A stretch of 53,232 nt of DNA from Thermoleophilia bacterium (lineage in GTDB: Bacteria > Actinomycetota > Thermoleophilia > RBG-16-64-13): NCBI GenBank assembly GCA_017882525.1, contig JADGPI010000015.1:1-53232 (forward strand), given 5' to 3'. The number at the start of each line of letters is the position of its first letter. Position 1 is the first letter of the stretch. The notes under the pieces were generated by a model. The model had not been told where the DNA came from. It saw only the letters and a list, made by a program, of their open reading frames with translations, and made no database searches. The position numbers were made by a program, and so were the translations under genes. Positions 8,201 to 16,634 of the stretch are shown here, piece after piece.

Positions 8201-8847
8201 TAAACGGCCCTCGCTTCCTTCCGCCCTTCGATCCAGCCAACTATACTAGGCGTTCGGAGCAAGAGAAGGGAGCAAAGGTAGAATCGTCGATCACCTACTT
8301 CGATCACCACGGCAGAGCCAATACGCCACAGGTGCTGGAACTGGTTCGAGCGCGGGCCACTGCCCTTGGTATCACCGACGTGGTCGTCCCGTCGGTGGAG
8401 GGCACCAGCGCCCTGCTCGCGTGTGAGCGTTTGGCCGGCCTGCACGTGGTTGTTGTGACGCAATCTTCCGGCTTCGCCCGGCCCGGTCATCAGGAGATGC
8501 CGGAGGACGTGCTGGAGGAACTGAAGGCCCGAGGCGCCTCGGTGTTCAGGGGCACGCATTCGTTCGGGGGAGTGGGCCGTGCCGTACGGCGTAAGTTCGC
8601 CACGTATCAGGTGGAGGAGATCATCGCCCAGACCCTCAAGCGGTTCGGGGAAGGGACCAAGGTAGCCGTGGAAGCCAGTTTGGCCGCGGCGGACGCCGGT
8701 CTGATATCGCCTCCACGAGAAACCATATCGTGTGGGGGCACCGGTCGCGGCTTGGACACCGCACTCGTGTTACGCCCCTCCCACGCCCAGGATTTCTTCG
8801 ATCTCGAGATCCTGGAGATCATCTGCAAGCCGAGGAACCCAAAGTAG
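8191..8847 (+). CDS. Pyruvate kinase alpha/beta (C-terminal) domain-like protein of unknown role
   Basis: ITYFDHHGRANT...VVVPSVEGTSAL...VVVVTQSSGF...GTHSFGGVGRAV...FGEGTKVAVE...GGTGRGLDTALVLRP...DLEILEIICKPRN matches the stand-alone PK_C-like family. The homologous part begins about 30 codons after the only canonical start (ATG 8191), so the start is uncertain. Confidence 0.6.
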   Translation: MCSLNGPRFLPPFDPANYTRRSEQEKGAKVESSITYFDHHGRANTPQVLELVRARATALGITDVVVPSVEGTSALLACERLAGLHVVVVTQSSGFARPGHQEMPEDVLEELKARGASVFRGTHSFGGVGRAVRRKFATYQVEEIIAQTLKRFGEGTKVAVEASLAAADAGLISPPRETISCGGTGRGLDTALVLRPSHAQDFFDLEILEIICKPRNPK

Positions 8848-8885
8848 TCCGGTAGGGCGATCAGTCGACCAAAAAGGAGCGGGGG

Positions 8886-9302
8886 ATGGGCGTGACCAAA
8901 GGCGTGGCGACCTTCAACCTCGTCATACAGGTGATACTGATCGTCGGGGCGCTGACCGGGGCCACTCTGGCCTGGAAGCACAAGTTCAGCCGCCATTGCC
9001 TGCTCATGCGGGTGTTGATGGGTGCTCAGATCCTGGTGATCGGCATCATCATGGCTCCCCAGCTTTCTCGTTACGTCAGTCACTGGCACGGCTTCTCCAC
9101 GTTCAACGTGGAACTCATCATCCATCATGTGTTCGGTCTCATCGCGCTCGCCCTGTGGATCTACATCAATCTGGCGTTCACAGGGGTTGTCAAGGCGCCG
9201 CGCCGCTACAGGTGGTACATGCGAAGCGCACTCGCTTCCTGGTTGATCTCGCTCGGCCTGGGAATCTACCTCTACGGGCACATCTGGCAGGGATGGCGCT
9301 GA
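8886..9302 (+). CDS. Four-helix integral membrane protein, hypothetical
   Basis: ATG preceded by AAAGGAGCGGGGG. The 138-aa product has four hydrophobic segments and several conserved-looking His. No secure family assignment. Confidence 0.5.
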   Translation: MGVTKGVATFNLVIQVILIVGALTGATLAWKHKFSRHCLLMRVLMGAQILVIGIIMAPQLSRYVSHWHGFSTFNVELIIHHVFGLIALALWIYINLAFTGVVKAPRRYRWYMRSALASWLISLGLGIYLYGHIWQGWR

Positions 9303-9324
9303 CCGCGCCGGTGCACGACAAACA

Positions 9325-10809
9325 CTAGCGCCGCTCGTGCTGCTCCGGGATGTACTCTTCGAGAACCGGGAAATCGCGCAACTCCTTGTCGATGGCTGCG
9401 CGCATGAAAGAGTCCACCCACCAGAAGACATCTTGCGACCGGATGTTCTTGCGCAACCGGCGCATCCTGTACCTACGCTCTCCGGCCGACATCCGATAGG
9501 CGTTGAAGATGGCGTCCGCGGTCTGCTCCACGTCGTACGGATTGACCACCAGCGCCGCCCTGCCTAGTTGTGCCGACGCTCCCGCGAACTGGCTGAGGAT
9601 GAGCACCGATTCCTCGTCCAGGCTACACGCGCAGAACTCTTTGCATACGAGGTTCATCCCATCCTTGAGCGGGGTCACCAGGGCGATCTGGGCCGCTCGG
9701 TAGAACGCGAGCAGCTCGTGCGGGGCCAGGCTCCGGAACATGTAGTGCACGGGCACCCAGCCCATTTGGGTGTAGCGGCCGTTTATCTGGCCCACCAGCT
9801 GATCGATCTCCTGTTTTAGGGCGTCATAGCGAGGGATGCCTTCGCGGCTGGGTACTACCACCTGGACGAAGGTTATCCGGCCCCGCGCCTCGGGGAAGCG
9901 CTCCAAGAAGTTGCCGAACGCCCGCAACCGATGAGGGATCCCTTTCGTGTAGTCCAGGCGGTCGATACCCAATACCAACTGTCTATCTCCGAAATGAGCA
10001 AGGATCCGCCGGTATTCACTCTCGACTTCCGGAGAGGCCGCCCGGGTGGCAAAATCGCGGGCGTCGATACCTATGGGGAAAGTACCCACGTGCATCTCGC
10101 GCCCTTCCGTCTGGATCGAATGCAGGTGGCCGTCTGCCTTGACTCGCGCACCCCGCACCATGGTGCGGACACACTGGATGAAGTTCCGCCGGTCCCGGAG
10201 GGTCTGAAACCCAACCAGGTCGTAGGCCAGCAGCGAATCGAGCACGGCCTGGCGTTCTGGCAGATCGAGGAAGATGTCAGGCGGGGGAAAGGGGATATGG
10301 AGGAAAAAGGCCAAGTCTGGGCAGTTCTTGTCCTCGCGCATGTGATGTGCCACGTCGAGGAGCTGGTAGTCGTGTATCCATACGAAGTCGTCAGGGCGGG
10401 CTTCCGCGGCGATCGACTCGGCGAACCGGCGGTTCACCTTCACGTAGGCGGGCCAATACTCAGGGTTGAAGTTGCAGTGAGACGGCAGGTCGTGGAACAG
10501 CGGCCAGACGGTCTCGTTGGAATACCCATTGTAGTAACGATCGTATTCGTCCGGGCTGAGGATGACCGGCTTGAGCGAGTAGCCGGCATCGGTGGCCGCT
10601 TCGTGGAGTATCTGGTTGAGCTGGGGGACGTGCTCGGTGACGCCCGGCCAGCCGATCCACATTCCGCCTCGGTTGCGCAACACGGGGAGCAGGGCCGTCA
10701 CCAGCCCACCGGAACCGGCGGAGAGCTCCCAGCCTTCGTTCTTGCGCTTGAGGACGTACGGCAGCCGATTGGAAACGACGATCAGTCGCTTCATGCCGGC
10801 GCTAGCCAA
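9325..10809 (-). CDS. otsA: Alpha,alpha-trehalose-phosphate synthase (GT20)
   Basis: [41 protein letters not shown] and [13 protein letters not shown] are hallmark GT20/OtsA blocks. Confidence 0.9.
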   Translation of the reverse strand: MASAGMKRLIVVSNRLPYVLKRKNEGWELSAGSGGLVTALLPVLRNRGGMWIGWPGVTEHVPQLNQILHEAATDAGYSLKPVILSPDEYDRYYNGYSNETVWPLFHDLPSHCNFNPEYWPAYVKVNRRFAESIAAEARPDDFVWIHDYQLLDVAHHMREDKNCPDLAFFLHIPFPPPDIFLDLPERQAVLDSLLAYDLVGFQTLRDRRNFIQCVRTMVRGARVKADGHLHSIQTEGREMHVGTFPIGIDARDFATRAASPEVESEYRRILAHFGDRQLVLGIDRLDYTKGIPHRLRAFGNFLERFPEARGRITFVQVVVPSREGIPRYDALKQEIDQLVGQINGRYTQMGWVPVHYMFRSLAPHELLAFYRAAQIALVTPLKDGMNLVCKEFCACSLDEESVLILSQFAGASAQLGRAALVVNPYDVEQTADAIFNAYRMSAGERRYRMRRLRKNIRSQDVFWWVDSFMRAAIDKELRDFPVLEEYIPEQHERR

Positions 10810-12061
10810 GTTCTATGCGGTCCTCGTTCCCGTGGATGAGCGCTACCATCACGGTGAGGTACTCGCGTAAGTGCCGGGTGATAAGGAAATTCTGGCGAAC
10901 CATCTCTTTCGCGTTCTCCCCGATCTGCTTGATCCGCGGTCGGTTGAACAAGAGGTAGCGGATGCGAAGAGCCGCCCCTTCGGGCGTATCCACGAGAAAG
11001 CCCGTGCGGTGATTGACAAGCTGGAGCCGTATGCCCCCCGTATTGCCGCCGATCACCGGCTTGCTTTTCCACATCGCCTCCGTCACGGTCAGTCCGAAGC
11101 CTTCCCGTAGCGATTTCTGCAGCACGATGTCCGCTCCGGTCTGGAGCGCGTTGATGGTCCGGTCGGTGTAGTGGCCAGAGGCTAGCACATGGATGTCGGG
11201 GTCGCCGGCTGCCGCGTCTCGCACTTCGGAGAGGACGGTCTCGCCCTCAGGGTCGTCGACTGCGCCCCCGCCGGCAAGTACCAGCTGCAGGCTTGGCACG
11301 AAGCGCTTGGCCAGCTGGTAGGCCTCGATTACCCCCAGCGGGTCTTTGAAGCGGTCGAAGCGCGAGACCTGGAGGATCATCGGACGCTGTGGGTCAATAC
11401 CGAACTCCGTCTTCGTTTCCAGGACTCTGCGCGCCGGCAAGGGAAGGTTCTTCTCGCTCAAGGGATCGATGCTGGGGGGGATGAGATACACGGTGTGCGG
11501 CATGGGCTGGGCAAAAGCATCGAGGGAGAAGATGCTCGCGTCGTAAGGATTGATGAACTGGCGAAGGTACTTCCAGATCGGCCGACACGGGTGGCTGACG
11601 TCGATGTGGCACCGCCAGATCCACTTGGCGCCGCATGCCCCGCAGTTTTGCAGTAGAGGTGCGGGTTGCGGATCGTGGACGAAGACGATGTCTGCCGTTT
11701 CGAGTGCCGGGCGGAGCCGCTCCGAGTTGACGCGATTGACCTCCTCGTACACGCGGAGGAGAGAGTCGGGGATGTGCACGGTCTTCCCTTGAAGGCCATT
11801 GTGGAAGGCTTTTGTGCACGCAAAGAAGTCCTCGTTCCCCTCTATCACCTCCCAACTCGCGTCGATCCCCAACTCCTGCATCAAGGGGACCAGCTTCTCC
11901 AGGATCTCGGCCACGCCCCCGCCACGACGGGTGGAGTTGACGTGCACGACTTTCATGCCGTTGAGCAGCCCGGCCAGTTGGCGGAGCTGCTCAACCGCGT
12001 CCAACCCCGCGTGCCTCGCGTACTTATCGAGGAGGTCGGTGCTGGCGATATCCACGGCCAC
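10802..12061 (-). CDS. treT: Trehalose glycosyltransferring synthase TreT-like (GT4)
   Basis: VHVNSTRRGGGVAEIL, WRCHIDVS, PPSIDPLSEKN, QVSRFDRFKDP, DDPEG and LREGFGLTVTEAMWKSKPVIGG closely follow my memory of archaeal/Rubrobacter TreT sequences. Confidence 0.8.
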   Translation of the reverse strand: MAVDIASTDLLDKYARHAGLDAVEQLRQLAGLLNGMKVVHVNSTRRGGGVAEILEKLVPLMQELGIDASWEVIEGNEDFFACTKAFHNGLQGKTVHIPDSLLRVYEEVNRVNSERLRPALETADIVFVHDPQPAPLLQNCGACGAKWIWRCHIDVSHPCRPIWKYLRQFINPYDASIFSLDAFAQPMPHTVYLIPPSIDPLSEKNLPLPARRVLETKTEFGIDPQRPMILQVSRFDRFKDPLGVIEAYQLAKRFVPSLQLVLAGGGAVDDPEGETVLSEVRDAAAGDPDIHVLASGHYTDRTINALQTGADIVLQKSLREGFGLTVTEAMWKSKPVIGGNTGGIRLQLVNHRTGFLVDTPEGAALRIRYLLFNRPRIKQIGENAKEMVRQNFLITRHLREYLTVMVALIHGNEDRIELG

Positions 12062-12063
12062 GA

Positions 12064-12945
12064 TCAGGCCTCACTCTTGCCGTTCGGTGGCGCATCGGCA
12101 GGCGCTTCGCCTGCAACCGTAGCGGCACGGCGCTGCGCCGGCTCTACAGCGCCCGCGCGCTCGGGCGAGTCGACGGAAGCGGGCGCGGCCGTGGCCGGCA
12201 CCACGGTTGTCCGCGATGGCATGCCGAACGGGAGCGACGTCCTCCATGTGTTTCGGCGAGCGTCCGGTGACTGGCCGCCTGGAAATTCCTCGCTTGCTAC
12301 CGCCGGTGCAAAGTAGCTCTCGAAGAGCTGGCTGAGCCGCTCCCGCATGCTATAGAGCGAATCGAAGTAAGGGTCGGACTCCGCCAGAACGCTGCAAAGG
12401 TCCGCGTAGTTCGGCCCGAGCCCGGTGAGCCAGGCCCGAAAATCGTCGACTCCACCTTCTGTGCGCCGGCGGGCGTCGATGAAATGGTAGAAGATGCTCC
12501 CCACCGACATCTTCGGGAGGGCGGCCGCAAGTTCTTCCGGCTGCGCGAGCCGGCGGTGCGTGTCGAATACCACTATGGCGGACCGAACAAAATGGAATTG
12601 CTGATCCGCTCGAGCGAAAAGAACCACTTCTGTTTCGTCAAGCCTCTCATCGATGACCTCGATGATCTCCTGGCGCAGGCCTTCCAGATCAGAAAAGTCC
12701 ATCGGGTCTATAACGGCCAGCCGCTCGGCCATCCGATTGTCGTGCAGACTCGCCGAGGACCAGCTGGCGAAGTCGTTGTTGAACTCGCGGTCCGAGGACT
12801 GGGGGCGCAGCAGGGTGCCCCAGAAGTGGTGGTAGATCGATCCGGGATGGATGTCGCGAAGGATGTTCCGCATCTCGCGCAGCGTTTGCGCACGCCGCCC
12901 GGTGGCGATGTTGGCGAGCGCACAGTCCTTGATCGCGAAATCCAT
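12064..12945 (-). CDS. Conserved hypothetical protein, DUF5752-like, with Ala/Pro-rich C-terminal tail
   Basis: The pattern FAIKDC...SIYHHFW...REFNNDFASW...SIFYHFIDARRR resembles the DUF5752 family that accompanies glycosyltransferase genes. It lies 2 nt upstream of treT. The assignment is from memory, not a search. Confidence 0.55.
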   Translation of the reverse strand: MDFAIKDCALANIATGRRAQTLREMRNILRDIHPGSIYHHFWGTLLRPQSSDREFNNDFASWSSASLHDNRMAERLAVIDPMDFSDLEGLRQEIIEVIDERLDETEVVLFARADQQFHFVRSAIVVFDTHRRLAQPEELAAALPKMSVGSIFYHFIDARRRTEGGVDDFRAWLTGLGPNYADLCSVLAESDPYFDSLYSMRERLSQLFESYFAPAVASEEFPGGQSPDARRNTWRTSLPFGMPSRTTVVPATAAPASVDSPERAGAVEPAQRRAATVAGEAPADAPPNGKSEA

Positions 12946-12999
12946 GCTGATCTCTCCCGCGTCGTCCGGAAATATGCTCTTACCCGCTGTAGAGACCGC

Positions 13000-13836
13000 C
13001 TAACCGCCCGGAGAGCTTTTGCATGCGACAGGCTGGACGAACAGAGCCAGGAAATCCGCGACCTCCCGCGGACCGGGCAGCCAGTAGTTGGCTCGAGTGA
13101 CGGCGCGCGCCTCGCCCACCACGATGGTTGCACCCCATCCATCCACGGCAGCGAACGCGTCCTCGTCTGTGAGATCGTCACCAAGGCAGATCGGGAAAAC
13201 CTCGCCCGGTGCCAAGTCAAGCCTCTCAAGCAGCCACAAAAGCGCTTTCCCCTTGTCCCACTCGGTCGCCGGTCTGAACTCGTACACCAGCTTGCCGGGG
13301 CGGAGACGGATCTCGTCGTAGTGCCCGGCCACCTTCTTCACCGCGGCCTCCACAGTTCCCCGTTGGGAAGGACGTACGAGCCGGTAGTGGACGGCCACCG
13401 AGAAGCCCTTGGACTCGATGATGAGTCCTTCGATACGCGCCAGTTGCTGTTGGAGCTCCTGGGCGGCGGCGGAGAGCGCGGCGCGAAACTCGCACCCGAG
13501 TCTCAAGTGGATCGGTGAGCCCCACGGTCCTTCCACCTCATGGCCGTGATTGGCGGCATAGTAGACGCTGTCGAGGCCCACGAGTCCGCGGAGGTCATCG
13601 AGACCTCGTCCGGATAGGACGCATACGAGGTGACGCTCCGCGAGCGATGCCAGCAGGGCCCGGGCGTCCTCTGGCATCACGGCGAGTTCCGGCCTCATCG
13701 TCAACCCCACGAGAGTGCCGTCGTAGTCCACAAAGAACGTGAGATCGCGGCCCGATCCCTGCTCAACGATGTCTTCAAAGTGCTCGAGTGCCGAAGGAAG
13801 TCCGGGCCTATCCATTTGTCTGCAGTTCCGATTCAC
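13000..13836 (-). CDS. otsB: Trehalose-phosphate phosphatase (HAD-IIB)
   Basis: HAD motifs FFVDYDGTL, LSGRG and GDDLTDEDAF. Size and context match OtsB. The start is GTG 13836 or ATG 13815. Confidence 0.85.
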   Translation of the reverse strand: MNRNCRQMDRPGLPSALEHFEDIVEQGSGRDLTFFVDYDGTLVGLTMRPELAVMPEDARALLASLAERHLVCVLSGRGLDDLRGLVGLDSVYYAANHGHEVEGPWGSPIHLRLGCEFRAALSAAAQELQQQLARIEGLIIESKGFSVAVHYRLVRPSQRGTVEAAVKKVAGHYDEIRLRPGKLVYEFRPATEWDKGKALLWLLERLDLAPGEVFPICLGDDLTDEDAFAAVDGWGATIVVGEARAVTRANYWLPGPREVADFLALFVQPVACKSSPGG

Positions 13837-14206
13837 CTGCGGCGCTCCGCGTGAGCCTTATCGCGCGCTCCGCGGACCGCCGTGCGGATACGCCGCTCAG
13901 GATGCTCGCAAGATCGCAGTACACCGTCCTTCTCCTCCCTGACCGCCGTGCCACGCACTGAGTTCTCGTCGAACTGTACCCGTCGCCACTGGTAATAATG
14001 TCATTGAGGAGACACGGCCCTTCATGGGACCGAAAGGAAAGCACTGGCCTCTCGCAGGCGAATATTCTCCAAAATTATCGGGTATTATGGGCGCGCATCG
14101 ATAGGACAGCTCTCAAGGCGACGTGCAGAGTGCTTCATCAATGTCCGTTCGTCCGCAAGTGCATCCGAACGCATGCGGTCCTGTCCCTTAGTCAGTGGAG
14201 GATTTG

Positions 14207-14614
14207 ATGAGCACGGCAAGACTGTACGTGGGTAATCTGTCCTACGGCACCACCAAAGAGACGCTGGAGAAGGCTTTCGCGGCGCACGGCGAAGTGGTGT
14301 CCGTCAACCTCATCACCGACCGTCAGACCGGGCGTCCCAAGGGTTTCGCATTTGTTGAGATGTCCACCCCCGAAGAGGGAGAGGCGGCGAAGGCCGCACT
14401 CAACGGCACTGACTTGGATGGCCGCGCCATCAATGTGGATAGCGCTCGGGAGCAAGAGCAGCGCAAGCCTGGCGGCTTCGGCGGGAGTCGTGGTGGCGGC
14501 TATGGTGGCGGCGGCGGCTATGGTGGTGGCGGCGGCAGCCGTAGCGGCGGCGGCAGTTACGGCGGCGGTGGCCGCGGCGGCGGTGGCGGCCGGGAGGGTG
14601 GCTCCCGCTGGTAG
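14207..14614 (+). CDS. RRM-type RNA-binding protein with glycine-rich (RGG/YGG) tail
   Basis: GGAGG lies 6 nt before ATG 14207. RNP2 is LYVGNL and RNP1 is KGFAFVEM. The C-terminal ~55 aa are Gly/Arg/Tyr/Ser repeats. Confidence 0.9.
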   Translation: MSTARLYVGNLSYGTTKETLEKAFAAHGEVVSVNLITDRQTGRPKGFAFVEMSTPEEGEAAKAALNGTDLDGRAINVDSAREQEQRKPGGFGGSRGGGYGGGGGYGGGGGSRSGGGSYGGGGRGGGGGREGGSRW

Positions 14615-14669
14615 TTTGCGGTGACGAGGGTCGACCGCTTTGAGCGGGGGAGATACCTGATGATCGTAC

Positions 14670-14700
14670 AAGGCGCCGGCATGTCCGGCGCCTTTTGTTT
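14670..14700 (+). terminator. Intrinsic terminator of the RRM gene
   Basis: AAGGCGCCGG (14670-14679) pairs with CCGGCGCCTT (14685-14694), with loop CATGT and a following U-tract TTTTGTTT. Confidence 0.8.
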
Positions 14701-14789
14701 GGGGCCACTCGACGCCGGGTAGCCCGGAAGTATCGGGTCTGTGGTAAAGGCCGCGCTTAGGCGCACCCAAAAGACGGGAGGGATCGCTG

Positions 14790-15011
14790 GTGGCTGAGAT
14801 CAAACTGGACGTGCGTGGGGAGACCTGCCCCGTGCCGCTCGTGGAGGTGCGGAAAGCTCTCAGGCAGGCGACTCCGGGAGACATCGTCGAAGTGGTGGGC
14901 ACGCACCCCTCGTCCAAGAAAGAGATCCCCCTGGCGATCAAGGCATTGAAGCTCGAGTTGCTCAGCGTCGAGGAGGAGGGTGGCACGTGGAAGATCAGGA
15001 TACAGCGATGA
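14790..15011 (+). CDS. TusA/SirA-like sulfur carrier protein
   Basis: 73 aa with a GTG start after GGGAGGG. The motif LDVRGETCPVPLVEVRKAL carries the CPxP active-site cysteine. Confidence 0.85.
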   Translation: MAEIKLDVRGETCPVPLVEVRKALRQATPGDIVEVVGTHPSSKKEIPLAIKALKLELLSVEEEGGTWKIRIQR

Positions 15012-15442
15012 CCGGATCGATCGACGCCGAGAAGATCACCCTTGTCGTGCACAGCGGTGATTTCGACAAGATCTACAGCGCATTCATCATCGGCAACGGG
15101 GCCCTCGCCATGGGCATGGAAGCATCGATGTACTTCACTTTCTGGGGCCTCCTGCGGCTCAAGAAAGGGCAGTTGGACCGTGGTCAGCTTTCCAAGATGC
15201 ACATGCTTGGCTTGGGCAAATGGATGGTCAAGAAACGCATGAAGAAGAGCCGGGTGGTGTCGCTTGAACGCTTGGCCCAGGACTTCAAGGCTCTCGGTGG
15301 CAAGATCTTCGCGTGTGACATGACCATGGATATCATGGGGGTCGGACCAGACGACCTCCGTCAGGATCTCATTACGGAATATTGCTCGGTAGGCACCTAT
15401 ATCGAGGAAGCTCGCCACTCCACTGTGACATTGTTCATTTAG
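15008..15442 (+). CDS. DsrE/DsrF/DsrH-like (DrsE_2-type) sulfur relay protein
   Basis: ATGA overlap with the tusA-like stop. KITLVVHSGDFDKIYSAFIIGNGALAMGMEASMYFTFWGL and KIFACDMTMDIMG match the PF13686-type family with its conserved Cys. Confidence 0.8.
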   Translation: MTGSIDAEKITLVVHSGDFDKIYSAFIIGNGALAMGMEASMYFTFWGLLRLKKGQLDRGQLSKMHMLGLGKWMVKKRMKKSRVVSLERLAQDFKALGGKIFACDMTMDIMGVGPDDLRQDLITEYCSVGTYIEEARHSTVTLFI

Positions 15443-15450
15443 GGGGTCCC

Positions 15451-16620
15451 ATGTTCGGCGAGACCGTTTATCTCGACAACGCAGCCGCGACCCGGTTGGA
15501 CGAGCGGGTTCTCGAGGCCATGAAGCCATATCTCTTCGATACTTATGCTGTGGCCACGTCGGAGTTTGGCTACTCCATGGGGATCGAGGCACGTGAAGCA
15601 TTGGACAGGGCGCGTGCTTCGCTGGCCGCCAGGCTGGGAGGAGGGGCAGAGGAGTTTATCTTCACATCCGGCAGCACTGAGTCCAGCAACATGGCTCTTA
15701 AAGGCGTCGCCTTGGCCCTGGGGGAGAAGAAGGGCAGGCACCTGATCACGTCGCGCATCGAGGACTTCCCGGTGCTCAACACGGCGGCCACGCTTGGCAA
15801 ACAGGGTTTCAAGGTCACCGTGCTGGACGTGGACGCGGACGGGTTGGTGGATCCGAGCGCCGTGGAGAAGGCCATATCCTCGGATACGGTAGTGGTGTCG
15901 ATCCAGCATGCCAATCAGGAGATCGGGACGGTGCAGGACATCGCAAGCATCGCCGAGATTTGTCGGGCCAAGGGGACCCTGTTCCACACAGATGCCACGC
16001 ACAGCTTTCCCAGGCTGCCTCTTGACGTGAGTAAGATCCCGGCTGACCTCGTGACAGTGGCGGCGCATGCCATCCACGGTCCCAAAGGGATGGGCGGCCT
16101 TTACCTCCGCTCCGGGACTCCGCTCGGCAAATGGATGGACGGAGGATTCCAGGAGTTCAATCGGCGGGCCGGCGTGGAAGACATCGCCGGAGCGGTAGGA
16201 TTCGCCACTGCAGCCGAGCTGATCACCGACGAAGAGACCGCGCGGCTCCGCGCCCTTCGCGACCGGCTCCTCGATCGCGTCCTGGGCGAGATCCCGTACA
16301 CGACGCTGAACGGCCATCGGACCCGCCGGCTGCCGCAAAATGCCAACGTCACTTTTCACTACGTGGAGGGTGAGTCCATCACCTTGCAGTTGGACATGCG
16401 CGGGTTCGCGGTGAGTACCGGATCGGCGTGCTTCAGTAAGTCTCTCGAGGCGAGCCACGTGATCCTGGGAATCGGAGGAGACCACGAGCGGGCACACGGC
16501 TCCGTACGTTTCTCCCTCGGGCGCTACAACACCCAGGAAGACGTCGATGGAGTGGTGGACGCGATTGCCGAAGTGGTGGGTGAGCTGCGAGCCATCAGCC
16601 CGCTTACCCCGGATCACTAA
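15451..16620 (+). CDS. Class V aminotransferase-fold IscS/NifS homologue lacking the PLP-binding lysine
   Basis: YLDNAA, GSTESSN, HANQEIGTV, HTDATH, HGPKGMGGLYLR and the STGSACFS cysteine loop align along the whole length with IscS/NifS. The SxHK lysine position reads AAHA (Ala207). Confidence 0.85.
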   Translation: MFGETVYLDNAAATRLDERVLEAMKPYLFDTYAVATSEFGYSMGIEAREALDRARASLAARLGGGAEEFIFTSGSTESSNMALKGVALALGEKKGRHLITSRIEDFPVLNTAATLGKQGFKVTVLDVDADGLVDPSAVEKAISSDTVVVSIQHANQEIGTVQDIASIAEICRAKGTLFHTDATHSFPRLPLDVSKIPADLVTVAAHAIHGPKGMGGLYLRSGTPLGKWMDGGFQEFNRRAGVEDIAGAVGFATAAELITDEETARLRALRDRLLDRVLGEIPYTTLNGHRTRRLPQNANVTFHYVEGESITLQLDMRGFAVSTGSACFSKSLEASHVILGIGGDHERAHGSVRFSLGRYNTQEDVDGVVDAIAEVVGELRAISPLTPDH

Positions 16621-16634
16621 GGAGGCCGAGGAAT

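Noticed and set aside
13984-13991. GCCACTGG, which resembles a B12 box, upstream of the RRM gene
   Set aside because: It is an isolated 8-mer with none of the surrounding conserved cobalamin-riboswitch helices, and a link between B12 and an RRM gene is biologically implausible.
14460-14611. GGC/GGT-rich tandem-looking repeats
   Set aside because: They are not a CRISPR array or a non-coding satellite. They are in frame within the RRM gene and encode its Gly/Arg/Tyr tail.
14192-15601. 469-aa minus-strand ORF spanning the RRM, tusA-like, dsrE-like and iscS-like genes
   Set aside because: It is antisense to four plus-strand genes that have clear family signatures, SD sequences and coupling overlaps. 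Its product is Ala/Arg/Pro/Gly-rich low-complexity sequence, typical of shadow frames in high-GC DNA.
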